Assembly (NCBI GenBank): GCA_965205425.1
Contig: CBDBGZ010000009.1
Location: 64,001-128,000 of the forward strand
Source: Nitrosopumilus sp.
GTDB lineage: Archaea; Thermoproteota; Nitrososphaeria; Nitrososphaerales; Nitrosopumilaceae
Direction: 5' to 3'
Length of the DNA stretch: 64,000 bases
In this document: one piece after another, positions 47,271-58,145 of the stretch
How positions within the stretch are numbered: position 1 is the stretch's first letter
How the letters are laid out: each line of letters starts with the position of its first letter
Program-made: the position numbers and the translations under genes
Notes under the pieces: generated by a model
Databases searched by the model: none
What the model was told of the DNA's origin: nothing
The model's input: only the letters and a program-made list of their open reading frames with translations

Positions 47271-48248
47271 GTTAGATTCTTTTTTAGAATAAAATCTATT
47301 TACAATTAAAACACTAATAGATAATACTCCTGAAATTAAAAATAACATTTCCAAAGTATGCATCAATGAATGGGAAAAAGCAGATTCAATTGAAATTAAA
47401 TTTATTTGAGAAATAAAAGTTGCATACGAAAAAATAAAGTAATTTGTAGCCCAGTGAATCATTAATGAAACTACAAATCCATATCTGAGATAAACCCAAC
47501 CAAGTATTATTCCACTAGCAGTTGCTTGAGCAAATTTTCCACCACTCCATGAATCTCCAAAGGCAATATGGGCAAAACCAAAAAGCACACCTACAAAGAC
47601 AATTAAAAGAAGTGCTTTTTTTGCATCAAAAATATCAAGATGGTTAGGATTCCACAAACATTTGATGAAATATTTTATTGAGGATTTATGAGAATAAAGA
47701 GCAAATAAAGGAATTCCAATTAAAATAAGACGAAATCCAAATTCTTCAATTAATGGAGCAAGAGTGACATAAAAAAATTGAAAAAGATCATTATCAGCAA
47801 GAGGAGGAACAATTGTAATACCAAATCCCTCTTGAATGTAATTAATCAGACCTGAAATTAAAATTAAGATTGAGAACCATTTTGTAATACCAATCATATA
47901 GTTAAATCGCGTATCATATTTTCCAAAAGATATAATCGGAGACAAAGCTTTGAAGAAATCATGTTTTGGTCCTAACATAGCAATTACAAAAATTACAAGA
48001 TAAAAAATCCATAAAACAACAAATACATCACCAATACTGACATCAGAGGAAGACTGATAGAAATCTGAACCAATAAAAATATCCAGATGGCTTAGTGGAT
48101 ATTCATAATTAATGTCACCTCCAACATCACTTTCAAAAACAACAAAGATTCCAATAGGGAAAGAAACTACCAACAAACCAAAGATTACAGATAGTAATGC
48201 AGTGTAAGGTATCCCAATAGATTGAAGTAATTTATTGGAATTTTTCAA
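47259..48248 (-). CDS. CPBP (CAAX/Abi) intramembrane metalloprotease
   Basis: APLIEEFGFR, FGFAH and HWATN motifs. Confidence 0.9.
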   Translation of the reverse strand: MKNSNKLLQSIGIPYTALLSVIFGLLVVSFPIGIFVVFESDVGGDINYEYPLSHLDIFIGSDFYQSSSDVSIGDVFVVLWIFYLVIFVIAMLGPKHDFFKALSPIISFGKYDTRFNYMIGITKWFSILILISGLINYIQEGFGITIVPPLADNDLFQFFYVTLAPLIEEFGFRLILIGIPLFALYSHKSSIKYFIKCLWNPNHLDIFDAKKALLLIVFVGVLFGFAHIAFGDSWSGGKFAQATASGIILGWVYLRYGFVVSLMIHWATNYFIFSYATFISQINLISIESAFSHSLMHTLEMLFLISGVLSISVLIVNRFYSKKESNLEV

Positions 48249-48254
48249 TTCGTT

Positions 48255-48563
48255 CTAATGTAATTCTATAGTATCTTCGGCAAATCCTAAATTAATCAAA
48301 GTATCTTTGATTGTATCTCTATGATCACCTTGTAAGAAGATGTAACCTTCTTTAGCAGTTCCACCACATGCATATTTGTTTTTAAGTTCTTTTGCAACAG
48401 TTTCTAAATTATTTAATTTAGGATCCAATCCTTCAATCATAGTACCCTTTTTTTTAAATCGTCTAGTTTCTAATCGAATAATAATTTTAGTACTATCTTT
48501 GGCAAGTTCACCACAAGCACACAAATCTTCTGGAAGACCACAAGTATTACAAATTACTGCCAT
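48255..48563 (-). CDS. Translation initiation factor SUI1/aIF-1
   Basis: CGLPEDLC, LKNKYACGGT and LQGDHR motifs. Confidence 0.93.
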   Translation of the reverse strand: MAVICNTCGLPEDLCACGELAKDSTKIIIRLETRRFKKKGTMIEGLDPKLNNLETVAKELKNKYACGGTAKEGYIFLQGDHRDTIKDTLINLGFAEDTIELH

Positions 48564-48667
48564 TCGTTCGAAATCAATTCAATTATTCACACTATTAAGC
48601 CTTGTTTGAATATGAATTAAGAATCAAAAATAAACGGATTTTTTAGATAGAAAATTAAAGAAAAAGA

Positions 48668-49000
48668 ATGACGGATGATCTAACAAAAAAAGCTGCAGAA
48701 ATGCTTCTAAAAGGAGCCACATTACTCAGTGAACCATGTCCGTATTGTAAAGGGGTTAGAGTAATGAAAGAAGGGCAGGCATTATGTACTAGTTGTGGAC
48801 GTCAACCTGAAAAAAAAGAAATTCCAATTGAAAATCCACCAAATGAAATGACACTCAACTTAGAAAAAACATTAGAAAAGAAACTAGAATTACTTTCAAA
48901 AGAATTAGAGGAAGAAAAAGATCATGAAAAGCAACAAAATATTCTAAAAACGATCAATTCACTATTAGAGACAATAGACAAAATGAAAGGCAAACAATAA
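48668..49000 (+). CDS. Autoantigen p27 (SSSCA1-like) Zn-ribbon protein
   Basis: MLLKGATLLSEPCPYC...CTSC. Confidence 0.85.
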   Translation: MTDDLTKKAAEMLLKGATLLSEPCPYCKGVRVMKEGQALCTSCGRQPEKKEIPIENPPNEMTLNLEKTLEKKLELLSKELEEEKDHEKQQNILKTINSLLETIDKMKGKQ

Positions 49001-49035
49001 AGTTTTTATGTTAAAATCCTTGATTTCGAATTGTA

Positions 49036-49200
49036 ATGGCAGATAAGAAATCAGCACCACTTCCAGCATCAAGTGGAGGTCTCATGAGATTCTTTGAAGA
49101 TGAGACAAAGGGATTCAAATTAGATCCAAAAATTGTAGTAACAATCCCAATTAGTTTGATTGCCATTTCATGGATAATCGATTTATTTCTAGCTCCGTGA
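49036..49200 (+). CDS. secG: Preprotein translocase subunit Sec61-beta
   Basis: Hand translation MADKKSAPLPASSGGLMRFFEDETKGFKLDPKIVV plus TM; GLMRFF..E motif. Confidence 0.88.
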   Translation: MADKKSAPLPASSGGLMRFFEDETKGFKLDPKIVVTIPISLIAISWIIDLFLAP

Positions 49201-49207
49201 AGAAACA

Positions 49208-50956
49208 ATGGAACAAGATACAGATAATGTTTCAAATATACACAATAGATTTTCCCTCACTTTAGTTAATCCATCATCAAAGTATTTTTCTCTAGTTGTA
49301 TCAATGGTAGTAGCTGCAGTAACAGTTCTTGCAACATATTTGGGTTATTTGAGTAATTTAGGATTTGAAGAAAATTGGTACATATTGCCATTGGTCTTAG
49401 GTGTTCTATATGCAACACAATTTCTAGATACACGATTTGCAAAGAAAAAAGAATACTCAAAGTCACTTCATTCATCACTTTTTGGAAATATGTTATGGAC
49501 AATTACATTACTAATGGGAATTCTTTCAAGTATTGTTTTATCAAAAGATTTAGAATTGTTCTTCATAACTTTTGGATTATTACTTTTTGCAAGTTTTAGA
49601 ATAGGAATATACACCACAACTCTAGGAGCAAGTCTCAAAAAAGCTTGGGCTATTTGTCTTATTCAGCCACTAGCAATGTTTTTTGTATTAATTCCTCAAG
49701 ATATGTGGATTTCAATACTTAGTGAACCAATTGGATTAGGATATGGAATATCTTTTATGATAATTGCAAGTGTGTGGTCAATTGTGACAGATAGAGCAGG
49801 AAGACCAGCAATGGAGAGTACTCATAAAACTATTCAAGCTTATCTGGCATCACAAGGAAATGATTTTGAAGATGCTGAAGAATTAATGGAACAACGCTCA
49901 AATGAAACCAAAGTATCAACATCACAAATAAAATTTTCAGCACAAAATGGAGAGAAGGAATTCCGAATGATTTTGCCAGGAATACATCCAGGTCCATATC
50001 ATCCAGTTGGTGGAAGTAACATCCCATACCTGATTTACAAGAATTTATCGTCATCAGCTATGGTAATGCATAGCATTTCTGATCATGCACTAAATCTACC
50101 ATCAAGGAATGAAGTTGAAAAGTACTTGAAAAATTTAGAAAATAGCAAAGTCAAAGATGAAGGAGTACAATGTACAGAACCAGTAACAGTTCAAATAAAC
50201 AAAGCTAGAGTTACAGGATTACTTTTTGGAAATAATCCATTATTGTTTTTATCGTTATCACCACATGGGATGGAGGATCTTCCTAGCTATATGAAGACAG
50301 AAATTGTGCAATATGCAAACAATAGAAATTATTCAAGAACCATGATTGTAGATTGCCATAATGCAATGGGTGAAGAAATATCAAAAGAGGACGGGGAAGA
50401 TATGCTAAAAGCTGCAAAATCATGTTTAGATACTCTAATTACAAAAGAAAGTTTCCCAATTGAACTAGGTTATGCAAATACAGAGGAAATGGATGTATGG
50501 ACAGAAGATCTTGGGATGGCAGGATTAGGAATAATTTGTCTCAAATTGAATGAAAAAAAATATTTTCTAGGATGGTCAGATTCAAACAATATGGAAAACG
50601 GAATTAGAGAAAAAATCATAGACATATTTGCAAAAAGGGATTATCAATTACTAGAAATTTGCACATCAGATACACATTATGCACCAGTTAAAGCCAGAAA
50701 CAGAAACGGATACTATCAACTAGGACTAATTACAAGTGCAGATAAACTTTCAAAATGGTTCTTCAAAATTGCAAAAAGTGCAGAAGCCAATACAACATCT
50801 ACAAAATTTGAAATTTTAGAAAACGAAACTAACGTGAAAGTGATGGGTCAGGGAATTTATGAAGACTATTCAAAAGCATTAGATAATTCATTAAAAATTA
50901 CCAAAGGATTTGTTATTGGAGGAATAGTATTTTTTGTTACTAGTTTGTTCCTATAG
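49208..50956 (+). CDS. DUF2070-family membrane protein
   Basis: N-terminal TMs; IHPGP, DCHN, DSNN and TSDTH motifs. Confidence 0.85.
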   Translation: MEQDTDNVSNIHNRFSLTLVNPSSKYFSLVVSMVVAAVTVLATYLGYLSNLGFEENWYILPLVLGVLYATQFLDTRFAKKKEYSKSLHSSLFGNMLWTITLLMGILSSIVLSKDLELFFITFGLLLFASFRIGIYTTTLGASLKKAWAICLIQPLAMFFVLIPQDMWISILSEPIGLGYGISFMIIASVWSIVTDRAGRPAMESTHKTIQAYLASQGNDFEDAEELMEQRSNETKVSTSQIKFSAQNGEKEFRMILPGIHPGPYHPVGGSNIPYLIYKNLSSSAMVMHSISDHALNLPSRNEVEKYLKNLENSKVKDEGVQCTEPVTVQINKARVTGLLFGNNPLLFLSLSPHGMEDLPSYMKTEIVQYANNRNYSRTMIVDCHNAMGEEISKEDGEDMLKAAKSCLDTLITKESFPIELGYANTEEMDVWTEDLGMAGLGIICLKLNEKKYFLGWSDSNNMENGIREKIIDIFAKRDYQLLEICTSDTHYAPVKARNRNGYYQLGLITSADKLSKWFFKIAKSAEANTTSTKFEILENETNVKVMGQGIYEDYSKALDNSLKITKGFVIGGIVFFVTSLFL

Positions 50957-51593
50957 TCTTCATTTGATCAATATTTCCATAGAATTCATCCACAAATGAA
51001 GTAAATTGAGAAATAGGTACAATAGGAACATTTTCAATAAAATCAACATTATCTTGATATAATGTTACGATTACAGGCACCGCAATAGCTCCAGGTGTTT
51101 TAGCAACATATTGTTTTGTACGTTCAATTTGTTTTTTAACAGCAGTTGAGAGAGCAGATGAACTATATCTTTTCCAATGTTTGCAATCAATCAAAATAGC
51201 AATACCAAGCCTAATACCAACAACATCAATTTCCATCCTAGGTTTTGTCAACATCATATTTTTAATTACTGCAAAATTTTTTTCAGTCAATACTTCTGCA
51301 GTTAATCCTTCAAAATCTCTCCAATCTAATGCAATTGAAATTTCATCTATAGGAAATCCTTTTTCAAGTAAAGAAACAGCAATTTTTAATTTATCACCAT
51401 CCTCAAAATAATAAAAATTATTCTCTTTTGTCCCAATTTCATTTTTAATGAATTCGTTTAAAATTATTTTAGAATCATCATTTGTAATTTTAGTGACAGC
51501 AGAGAAATCCTGAATGGAAACTCCACCTGCGATTATTCCGGATAACCCATTTATCATTTTTGGATGAATTTTCAATTGTAATTTTTGATTCAT
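50940..51593 (-). CDS. PD-(D/E)xK nuclease (Mrr/NERD-like) in a core-gene context
   Basis: DWRDFEGL, EIDVVG and IDCKHW motifs; start uncertain. Confidence 0.75.
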   Translation of the reverse strand: MNQKLQLKIHPKMINGLSGIIAGGVSIQDFSAVTKITNDDSKIILNEFIKNEIGTKENNFYYFEDGDKLKIAVSLLEKGFPIDEISIALDWRDFEGLTAEVLTEKNFAVIKNMMLTKPRMEIDVVGIRLGIAILIDCKHWKRYSSSALSTAVKKQIERTKQYVAKTPGAIAVPVIVTLYQDNVDFIENVPIVPISQFTSFVDEFYGNIDQMKTIGTN

Positions 51594-51674
51594 ATTAGAA
51601 ATATAGGTTTTAGCAGCTAATAACATCAAGGTATTATGATATAGGTTTTATTACATGAGTAGAAAAGTAACAAT

Positions 51675-54128
51675 ATGGAAAAAATGCTAGTTGTCATACT
51701 AGCAATTTTAGTAGTATCAATAACATTTAGTGAATCTTTTGCAGAAAAAAATACATTTTTCGATTCAGTCAAATTCATACAGTATCTTGATGGAAATACT
51801 GCTTTAGAAGAAGTAAGAAATGGCAATCTAGACATATACTATGATACAGTTTCTGCAGATAGATTAGAAAATCATCAAGAGAGAGAAGGATTACAAGTTT
51901 ACGATGCAACAAGTAGATTTTACAGCATACTAGTAAATCCTGCAGAATCAGAAAAATTCAATCCTTTTTCAGACAAAGACAGTAGATTTGCTTTAAATTA
52001 TTTAGTAGATAGAAATTTGATAGTAAATGAGTTAATGGGAGGGTATGGCTCCCCAAGTATTTCATATTATGGTATTTCAAGCCCAGAATTTCTCACCATA
52101 ATTGAAGAATTAGAGACGTTTGATTTCAAATATAATCCAACATTAGCAAAAAAAATTATTTCTAATTCACTAATAGAGAAAGGGGCAATCAAAAAAGAAG
52201 GGAAATGGCAAATTGATGAATCGCCAATAGGAATTACAATTTTCATTAGAAGTGATGATCCTATAAGAAAATCAATAGGAGAAATATTATCAATTGAACT
52301 AGAAAAAATAGGATTTGTAGTCAAAAAGGATTTTGGTGATTTGAATAAAGCATTCGTGATAGTCTATGGTTCAAACCCATCAGATATAAAATGGAATTTG
52401 TATACGGAAGCATGGCAACGTTCAGCATTTGTAAAATATGATTCTACAGGATTAGGACATATGTATTCACCTTGGTTTTCAAACATGCCAGGGTTTAACG
52501 ATCCAACATATTGGAATTATAAAAATGAAAAATTAGATACGATCACTCAAAAGATATACACAAGTGATTTTGAAACAGAAGAACAAAGAGCAGAATTAAT
52601 TCAAGAAGCAGTTGTGGAAGGAATTAATGAATCAGTTAGAATCTTTCTGGCAAATAAAATTGATCAGTATGTTGTAAACGAAAAAATTGATGGGGTGGTA
52701 AACGACTTTGGAGCAGGAGTTCCAAGTAGATTTACACCAATAAATGCAAAAAGTGATCATGACGAATTGGTAATAGGAGTTAAACAAATCTATCAAGGAG
52801 CATGGAATCCAGTAATGGGTATGACGGACAGTTACAGTGTACAAATTTGGAATGCAGTTTCAGACCCTCCAACATTCAAACACCCATTCACAGGGGAAAC
52901 CATACCAATTAGAGCAGATTGGCAAATAGATACAGCAGGTCCAAATGACAAACTGAAGATTCCACAAGATGCAAAAATTTGGAATACATCGTTACAAAAA
53001 TGGGAAAACGTAAAAGCAGATGCAATTGCTACTAGTAAAGTAACATTTGATGTAAAACTCAGTAATTGGCATAATGGTCAAAAAATGGATATGAACGACA
53101 TCATGCACGCATTATATTTTACAATCGAATGGGGAACACAAGATGATGAAAACGATAAAACTTTTGATACAGAATTTACACCACGGGCAGCACAAAGCAT
53201 TCAAACAATTAAAGGAATAAAACCAATAAATGAAGATACAGTTGAAGTATATGTAGACTATTGGCATTTTGACGAAGGAGAAATTGCGGATTGGGCAAGC
53301 ATAGCAACTCCAATACCATGGGAAATTACAACAGCTATGGAAAAAGCAGTACTTGATGGGAAAGTATCATTTTCAAGATCAGGTGCAGTAAGTAAAAATG
53401 TTAACTGGTTATCATTAATAATTCCAAATGATGCAAGGATTATCAAAGAATATTTGTATGAATTCAAAAATGCTAATTATATTCCAAAGTCATTAGAAGA
53501 AAATGATTACAGTACAGAATACTATCAGAATAGATATGATGCATCAATAAAATGGATTGAGGCAAAGAATCATGCAGTAATTAGTAATGGCCCATTTTAC
53601 TTAGAAGAATATTCTCCAGAATCAAGAACAATCAAAATTAATGCATTTGAAGATGATTCATATCCATTTAAGAAAGGTGAATGGTCAAAATTTGAAAATA
53701 CAGATTTTCCAATAATTGAAAAAGTCGAGATAGAAAATATACTTCAAAAAGGGGAAGAGATGTATGTGAAAGTAGAAACGAGAAATTCAGATAAAATATT
53801 ATACTTTTTAACAAATAGTCAGGGTGAAAAAATCATTTCTGAAACTCTAGACATAGAAAACAATCACGCCAATATCAAAATAGCCTCAGAAGATTCAGAT
53901 AAGTTAGGTATAGGTGCAAATAGTATCAAAATATTTGCAATTTCAAATTCAGTGTTAAAACCTGATTTTTATGAATCTAGTTTCATTGTAACAGATCACA
54001 CTTTGGAATTACCCACTAGTTTACAGAAAGATATAGAATTTTCTAAAAATGAATCAAATTATTTGGTATGGATCATACCAATAATTGCAATTATAATAAT
54101 TGTAATTTATTTGAAAAAAAGGAATTAA
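51675..54128 (+). CDS. ABC transporter substrate-binding protein (peptide family 5)
   Basis: Signal peptide; NPF....RFALN, WHNG and SNGPFYL motifs; C-terminal TM anchor. Confidence 0.85.
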   Translation: MEKMLVVILAILVVSITFSESFAEKNTFFDSVKFIQYLDGNTALEEVRNGNLDIYYDTVSADRLENHQEREGLQVYDATSRFYSILVNPAESEKFNPFSDKDSRFALNYLVDRNLIVNELMGGYGSPSISYYGISSPEFLTIIEELETFDFKYNPTLAKKIISNSLIEKGAIKKEGKWQIDESPIGITIFIRSDDPIRKSIGEILSIELEKIGFVVKKDFGDLNKAFVIVYGSNPSDIKWNLYTEAWQRSAFVKYDSTGLGHMYSPWFSNMPGFNDPTYWNYKNEKLDTITQKIYTSDFETEEQRAELIQEAVVEGINESVRIFLANKIDQYVVNEKIDGVVNDFGAGVPSRFTPINAKSDHDELVIGVKQIYQGAWNPVMGMTDSYSVQIWNAVSDPPTFKHPFTGETIPIRADWQIDTAGPNDKLKIPQDAKIWNTSLQKWENVKADAIATSKVTFDVKLSNWHNGQKMDMNDIMHALYFTIEWGTQDDENDKTFDTEFTPRAAQSIQTIKGIKPINEDTVEVYVDYWHFDEGEIADWASIATPIPWEITTAMEKAVLDGKVSFSRSGAVSKNVNWLSLIIPNDARIIKEYLYEFKNANYIPKSLEENDYSTEYYQNRYDASIKWIEAKNHAVISNGPFYLEEYSPESRTIKINAFEDDSYPFKKGEWSKFENTDFPIIEKVEIENILQKGEEMYVKVETRNSDKILYFLTNSQGEKIISETLDIENNHANIKIASEDSDKLGIGANSIKIFAISNSVLKPDFYESSFIVTDHTLELPTSLQKDIEFSKNESNYLVWIIPIIAIIIIVIYLKKRN

Positions 54129-54625
54129 AAAAGTCCATAATCTTTCAGAATTAATTCTATTTGAGATTCATTTTCAAGTTTAGAGTATTCATCCAACAGA
54201 TTTTGATTTAATTCATAAAAAGTATGACCCCACTTGAATTTGTTAAGTAATTCCAAAGCCTGTTCTTTGGAACCTAAAATAAATAATGATGCGGCTAATG
54301 CTTCAACTGTAGTTAATTTATTTAATTTAGAATAATTTACAGGATTTCCGGCAAGTAATGGAGGGAGTTTTCTTTTGATACCTGCAAAGTTTTTAGAAAA
54401 AGCCTGATCTGCAAGATTCCATGAGCAATCAATACCTATAATGGAATGTACTATAGATTTGTCTTTAGGTAACAGTGTTTTTTCAGAAAAAGGATCCAAC
54501 ACCAAACCTTTGGAACTAATTTTTTTGATGTTTTGTGCAAGACCAAATTTTACCATTTTAGCAGCTGTGCATTTTTTAGGATCATCCTGATAAAACATTA
54601 AAACTTGTAATTTCATTTTAATCAA
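54125..54625 (-). CDS. tsr3: 16S rRNA aminocarboxypropyltransferase
   Basis: DDPKKCT, DCSW, LLAGNPVNY, LTTVEA and FKWGHTF motifs. Confidence 0.93.
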   Translation of the reverse strand: MIKMKLQVLMFYQDDPKKCTAAKMVKFGLAQNIKKISSKGLVLDPFSEKTLLPKDKSIVHSIIGIDCSWNLADQAFSKNFAGIKRKLPPLLAGNPVNYSKLNKLTTVEALAASLFILGSKEQALELLNKFKWGHTFYELNQNLLDEYSKLENESQIELILKDYGLF

Positions 54626-54650
54626 GAATTAGATTGAGAGTATTTTGAAT

Positions 54651-57600
54651 TTACTCTGAAGTCTTGTATGTGACTTTATAATAGAATCTTGAAACTTGTT
54701 CATCTTTGAGTACTTCAACATTCCAATTTGTATCGGGTAAAAATGCAGTAGTTGATTCAGGTAAAATACTAAATTTTTCTAGGCGTACATCAGGACCACT
54801 ATACCTAACATTAAGGCCAACTCCATCAACTTCTACAACAGCATAGATTTGACCTTGTGTTCTAGTAGATTCTTTAACCAAACATTCGGCATCAGGTCCA
54901 ATTATACAAGTTCCAGCAATAGTGGTGACTCTGAGATCTACGTTGGATTCATCACCCCTAGTAGGAGTAATTAAAGATCCAGATAGAACTCGAGGAGCAA
55001 TAGTAGTACTATCAGTAGTTTTTTCTTCAGTTAAAATTGAAATAGTTGTATCAGGAATTCTATTTTGTTTTTCAATAACGATGTTTAATTTTGGTGCAGA
55101 TGGTTTTTCTATAACATCAAAAATTACAGAACCAGTGTCAAAATCGGCATCAACATTAACTTCGTATGAACCAATTGAAGAAACATTATCAGGAATAACA
55201 TATTCATGAGTAAATGAACCAGATGGGCTTGGACGAATGGTTGCAACAGGACCAGTATTGGTTCCACAAATAAATGACCCACATGTAATTTCAGAATTGG
55301 ATTTTTCAATTACGCTAACTTCAAATTTTTCCAAATAAATTAATTTATTTGGCTTTCCAAATATCACTACAGTATCACCAGGATAATATTCATTTTTATC
55401 AATACTTAGCACCAAAGCTAAATCTTCATCAGAACCAAATACAAAATCATTTGCCACACTAAAGATTGATTCAGTTTGAGTTCCTACATAATTGGCTCGT
55501 ACAATATATTCACCTTCTGAAAAGATTGTTGCAGGTAATTCAAATAGACTTGAAAATTTGCCACCTTGATTTGGATAAACGTATGCTTCATGAATCAAAT
55601 GGAAAGGAAATGTACCATCAATGATTCTTAGCTGTACACGTTCTGTGACAACCAATCCTTCATCACCTTGTTCACGTAGAATAACATTGCCAGATACCTT
55701 TAATTCATCACCTGCCTTGTATAGAGATTTTTCAGGTTCTACAAACAATGGATTAGTAGATAATGAATCATTAGCAGGATCTTCTGAGACTTTGAAGAAA
55801 ATATCTATACTTTCAGAAGCAATTGCTGCTCTGATTTTGTAAATACCATAATTAGAGGTTCTAACATCTCGTCCATCTTCTTCTTTCAATAATTGTGTTT
55901 TTTCATATACAGGGGTATCCCAAGTCCATGAAAATCTTTGATTCTCAACAGTTGCGCCATAGTCAGTTCTAGTTCCATCAGGTCTAGTTACCGAAATCTC
56001 TATAGAATTATCACCTGTTCGTGGCAATATTCCCGTAAGGTGAACAATTTCACCCAAGCCATAAACATCCTTGTCAATTGACAATATTGCCCCATCTTCT
56101 AAATCAAGTGAATCAACAACGGAAAAAGTTGCAGTTACAACATCTGAGGAATATGTTGCCTTGATAATGTAATTTCCAACAGTGAAGATATTTTTAGTAA
56201 CATCAACTTGTGTAGAATATCTTCCAGAGATTTCAGGAATTGCTGTAAAATCATAACCAATTACACCACCACCATCTAATCTTTTTGAATCCTGTAGATC
56301 AATAATTTCTAAAGGAGTTCCATCTTCATGAGAAATAGAAATTTTCACAGATGAGCCAGTAATATAACTAGAATTACCAAATGGATCTTTAACAAAACCA
56401 CTAACAGTAATAGTATCAGAGAATTCATAGACACCAGCATCAGTCTCCACAGTTAATGGATCATTTGAAGGAATAAAATTTTCAGGATCATCTACAACAT
56501 TAGCAATAATTGTTGCAGAACCAATTTCTTTAGATACAGTAATTTTGTAATCACCCAATCTAACAACATTGTCAGGGATTGTAAAAGAATAAGTGAAAGA
56601 ACCATCACCCATTATTTTCAAACTATCTAAAATTTTAAATCCAGCATCACTAGTAGAGGATGAAGTTTGTTTTGTTTGGACAATTTCTAAATCCAAATTG
56701 CCAATCCAAACATCATTTAATCTACCACTTAGAGTAACTTCATCACCTAAACCATATGCAACTTCATCAGTCCAAAGTGATATTGGAACATCTTCTTTGA
56801 TATCTTCAACAACTTCAAAGCTAGTTGTAGTAGATTTATCAGAATATTCTGCATGAATATTGTATGTACCGTAAATAGGATCTATAGTTGTGAGATATAT
56901 TGTAGTTGAGAATTCTCCATCAGTTGGGAAAAGATTTCCAGTTGAGATGACTTGGCCACCAGCATCAGTTACAGTAAATGCCATTCCTTGAAATGGAATA
57001 ATATCAGAAGCAAATCCAGAAATTGAAACATGATCCCCAGGAAGGTATTGAGATTTGTCAGTAAGTATTCCCACATCAGATTCTTCTTGGATATCTTGTT
57101 CTATAATTTCAGTACCAACAGAAAAACTAGTGCTATCAGTTGAACCAGCATAATTTGCAACAACATCATATGTTCCTGCATTAATTCCTAAAACTTGATG
57201 TAAACTTAATGTTGTTTCATATTCAAGATTCAGATCAGGATACATTGTAATTATTTTATTAAAGTTAGGTCCAGTGATAGAAATTATAATTTGTTCAGGT
57301 TGGAAAAATGGTTGTATGATATAGACTTCTTCAGAAACAGTACCAGAAATAACTGCCACATCACCAAAGATGTAAGAAGGATCTTCTGAAGAAACAGATA
57401 CTACAACACCTTCTGTTTCTTGAGCTTGGATTAATTTTCCATTAGAAGAGCCAGCAGTTGAAGTTGCAAACTTCCAATCATCAGAATTATCAAAGTCATA
57501 TCCATCATAGATTCTCTGCCACGAAGTAAAATCATTTTGTATATCAGTAATAGCAGGAGTCTTGTCAATAATTATATTATTTTCATCTCGAAGTTCAACA

Positions 57601-57917
57601 GATTCATTTGCATCGGTAAACCAAACATTTTGAAAAGAATATGTCAAAAATTGTTCGGGTTCAATAACAGTTCCAGAAGGAATGGTCATTGTTTTCTTCA
57701 GAACTGTTGTGGATGCAATCTCCCATCCTCCAATATTGATTTCAGAATCAGTAGGATTGTAAAGTTCAACCCATTCTGAAATAGTTTGAAAATCATCTCC
57801 AGGAGGGTTAATGTCGACTTCGTTAATTACAACACTTTCAGTAGTCTGAGCATATGCAGGTACAAGAATTCCTGCAAAAAGGAGTATAGAAAATACTAGC
57901 GGTATATTACGATTCAT
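54651..57917 (-). CDS. Lamin-tail-domain secreted protein with repeated Ig-like modules
   Basis: VVINEVDINPPG...EWVELYN; repeated TDK..Y..GD.V. Confidence 0.85.
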   Translation of the reverse strand: MNRNIPLVFSILLFAGILVPAYAQTTESVVINEVDINPPGDDFQTISEWVELYNPTDSEINIGGWEIASTTVLKKTMTIPSGTVIEPEQFLTYSFQNVWFTDANESVELRDENNIIIDKTPAITDIQNDFTSWQRIYDGYDFDNSDDWKFATSTAGSSNGKLIQAQETEGVVVSVSSEDPSYIFGDVAVISGTVSEEVYIIQPFFQPEQIIISITGPNFNKIITMYPDLNLEYETTLSLHQVLGINAGTYDVVANYAGSTDSTSFSVGTEIIEQDIQEESDVGILTDKSQYLPGDHVSISGFASDIIPFQGMAFTVTDAGGQVISTGNLFPTDGEFSTTIYLTTIDPIYGTYNIHAEYSDKSTTTSFEVVEDIKEDVPISLWTDEVAYGLGDEVTLSGRLNDVWIGNLDLEIVQTKQTSSSTSDAGFKILDSLKIMGDGSFTYSFTIPDNVVRLGDYKITVSKEIGSATIIANVVDDPENFIPSNDPLTVETDAGVYEFSDTITVSGFVKDPFGNSSYITGSSVKISISHEDGTPLEIIDLQDSKRLDGGGVIGYDFTAIPEISGRYSTQVDVTKNIFTVGNYIIKATYSSDVVTATFSVVDSLDLEDGAILSIDKDVYGLGEIVHLTGILPRTGDNSIEISVTRPDGTRTDYGATVENQRFSWTWDTPVYEKTQLLKEEDGRDVRTSNYGIYKIRAAIASESIDIFFKVSEDPANDSLSTNPLFVEPEKSLYKAGDELKVSGNVILREQGDEGLVVTERVQLRIIDGTFPFHLIHEAYVYPNQGGKFSSLFELPATIFSEGEYIVRANYVGTQTESIFSVANDFVFGSDEDLALVLSIDKNEYYPGDTVVIFGKPNKLIYLEKFEVSVIEKSNSEITCGSFICGTNTGPVATIRPSPSGSFTHEYVIPDNVSSIGSYEVNVDADFDTGSVIFDVIEKPSAPKLNIVIEKQNRIPDTTISILTEEKTTDSTTIAPRVLSGSLITPTRGDESNVDLRVTTIAGTCIIGPDAECLVKESTRTQGQIYAVVEVDGVGLNVRYSGPDVRLEKFSILPESTTAFLPDTNWNVEVLKDEQVSRFYYKVTYKTSE

Positions 57918-58145
57918 TGTTATTTCCTAATTTGGTTGCCTAGAAGACTCATTTTAGAATGGGATTGAGGAAAAGTTGAGCTAGTTGTTAAAGTTGACCT
58001 GAGAAATCTGACTTTGGGCATGTTTTGCATACCTAGAATTAATCATTTTTTGCATATAGAGGATCCGTAGGAATCATTCTTAGAATAAACGAGGCATGCA
58101 AAAAATATCAATTTCAGGTTGTAAAAATGACTCATGATTTCCATA

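Noticed and set aside
49011..49235. 74-aa minus-strand ORF
   Set aside because: Antisense to the Sec61-beta gene at 49036-49200
50940..51629. Second Mrr-like nuclease as part of a defence island
   Set aside because: Embedded among housekeeping genes with no mobile or defence neighbours
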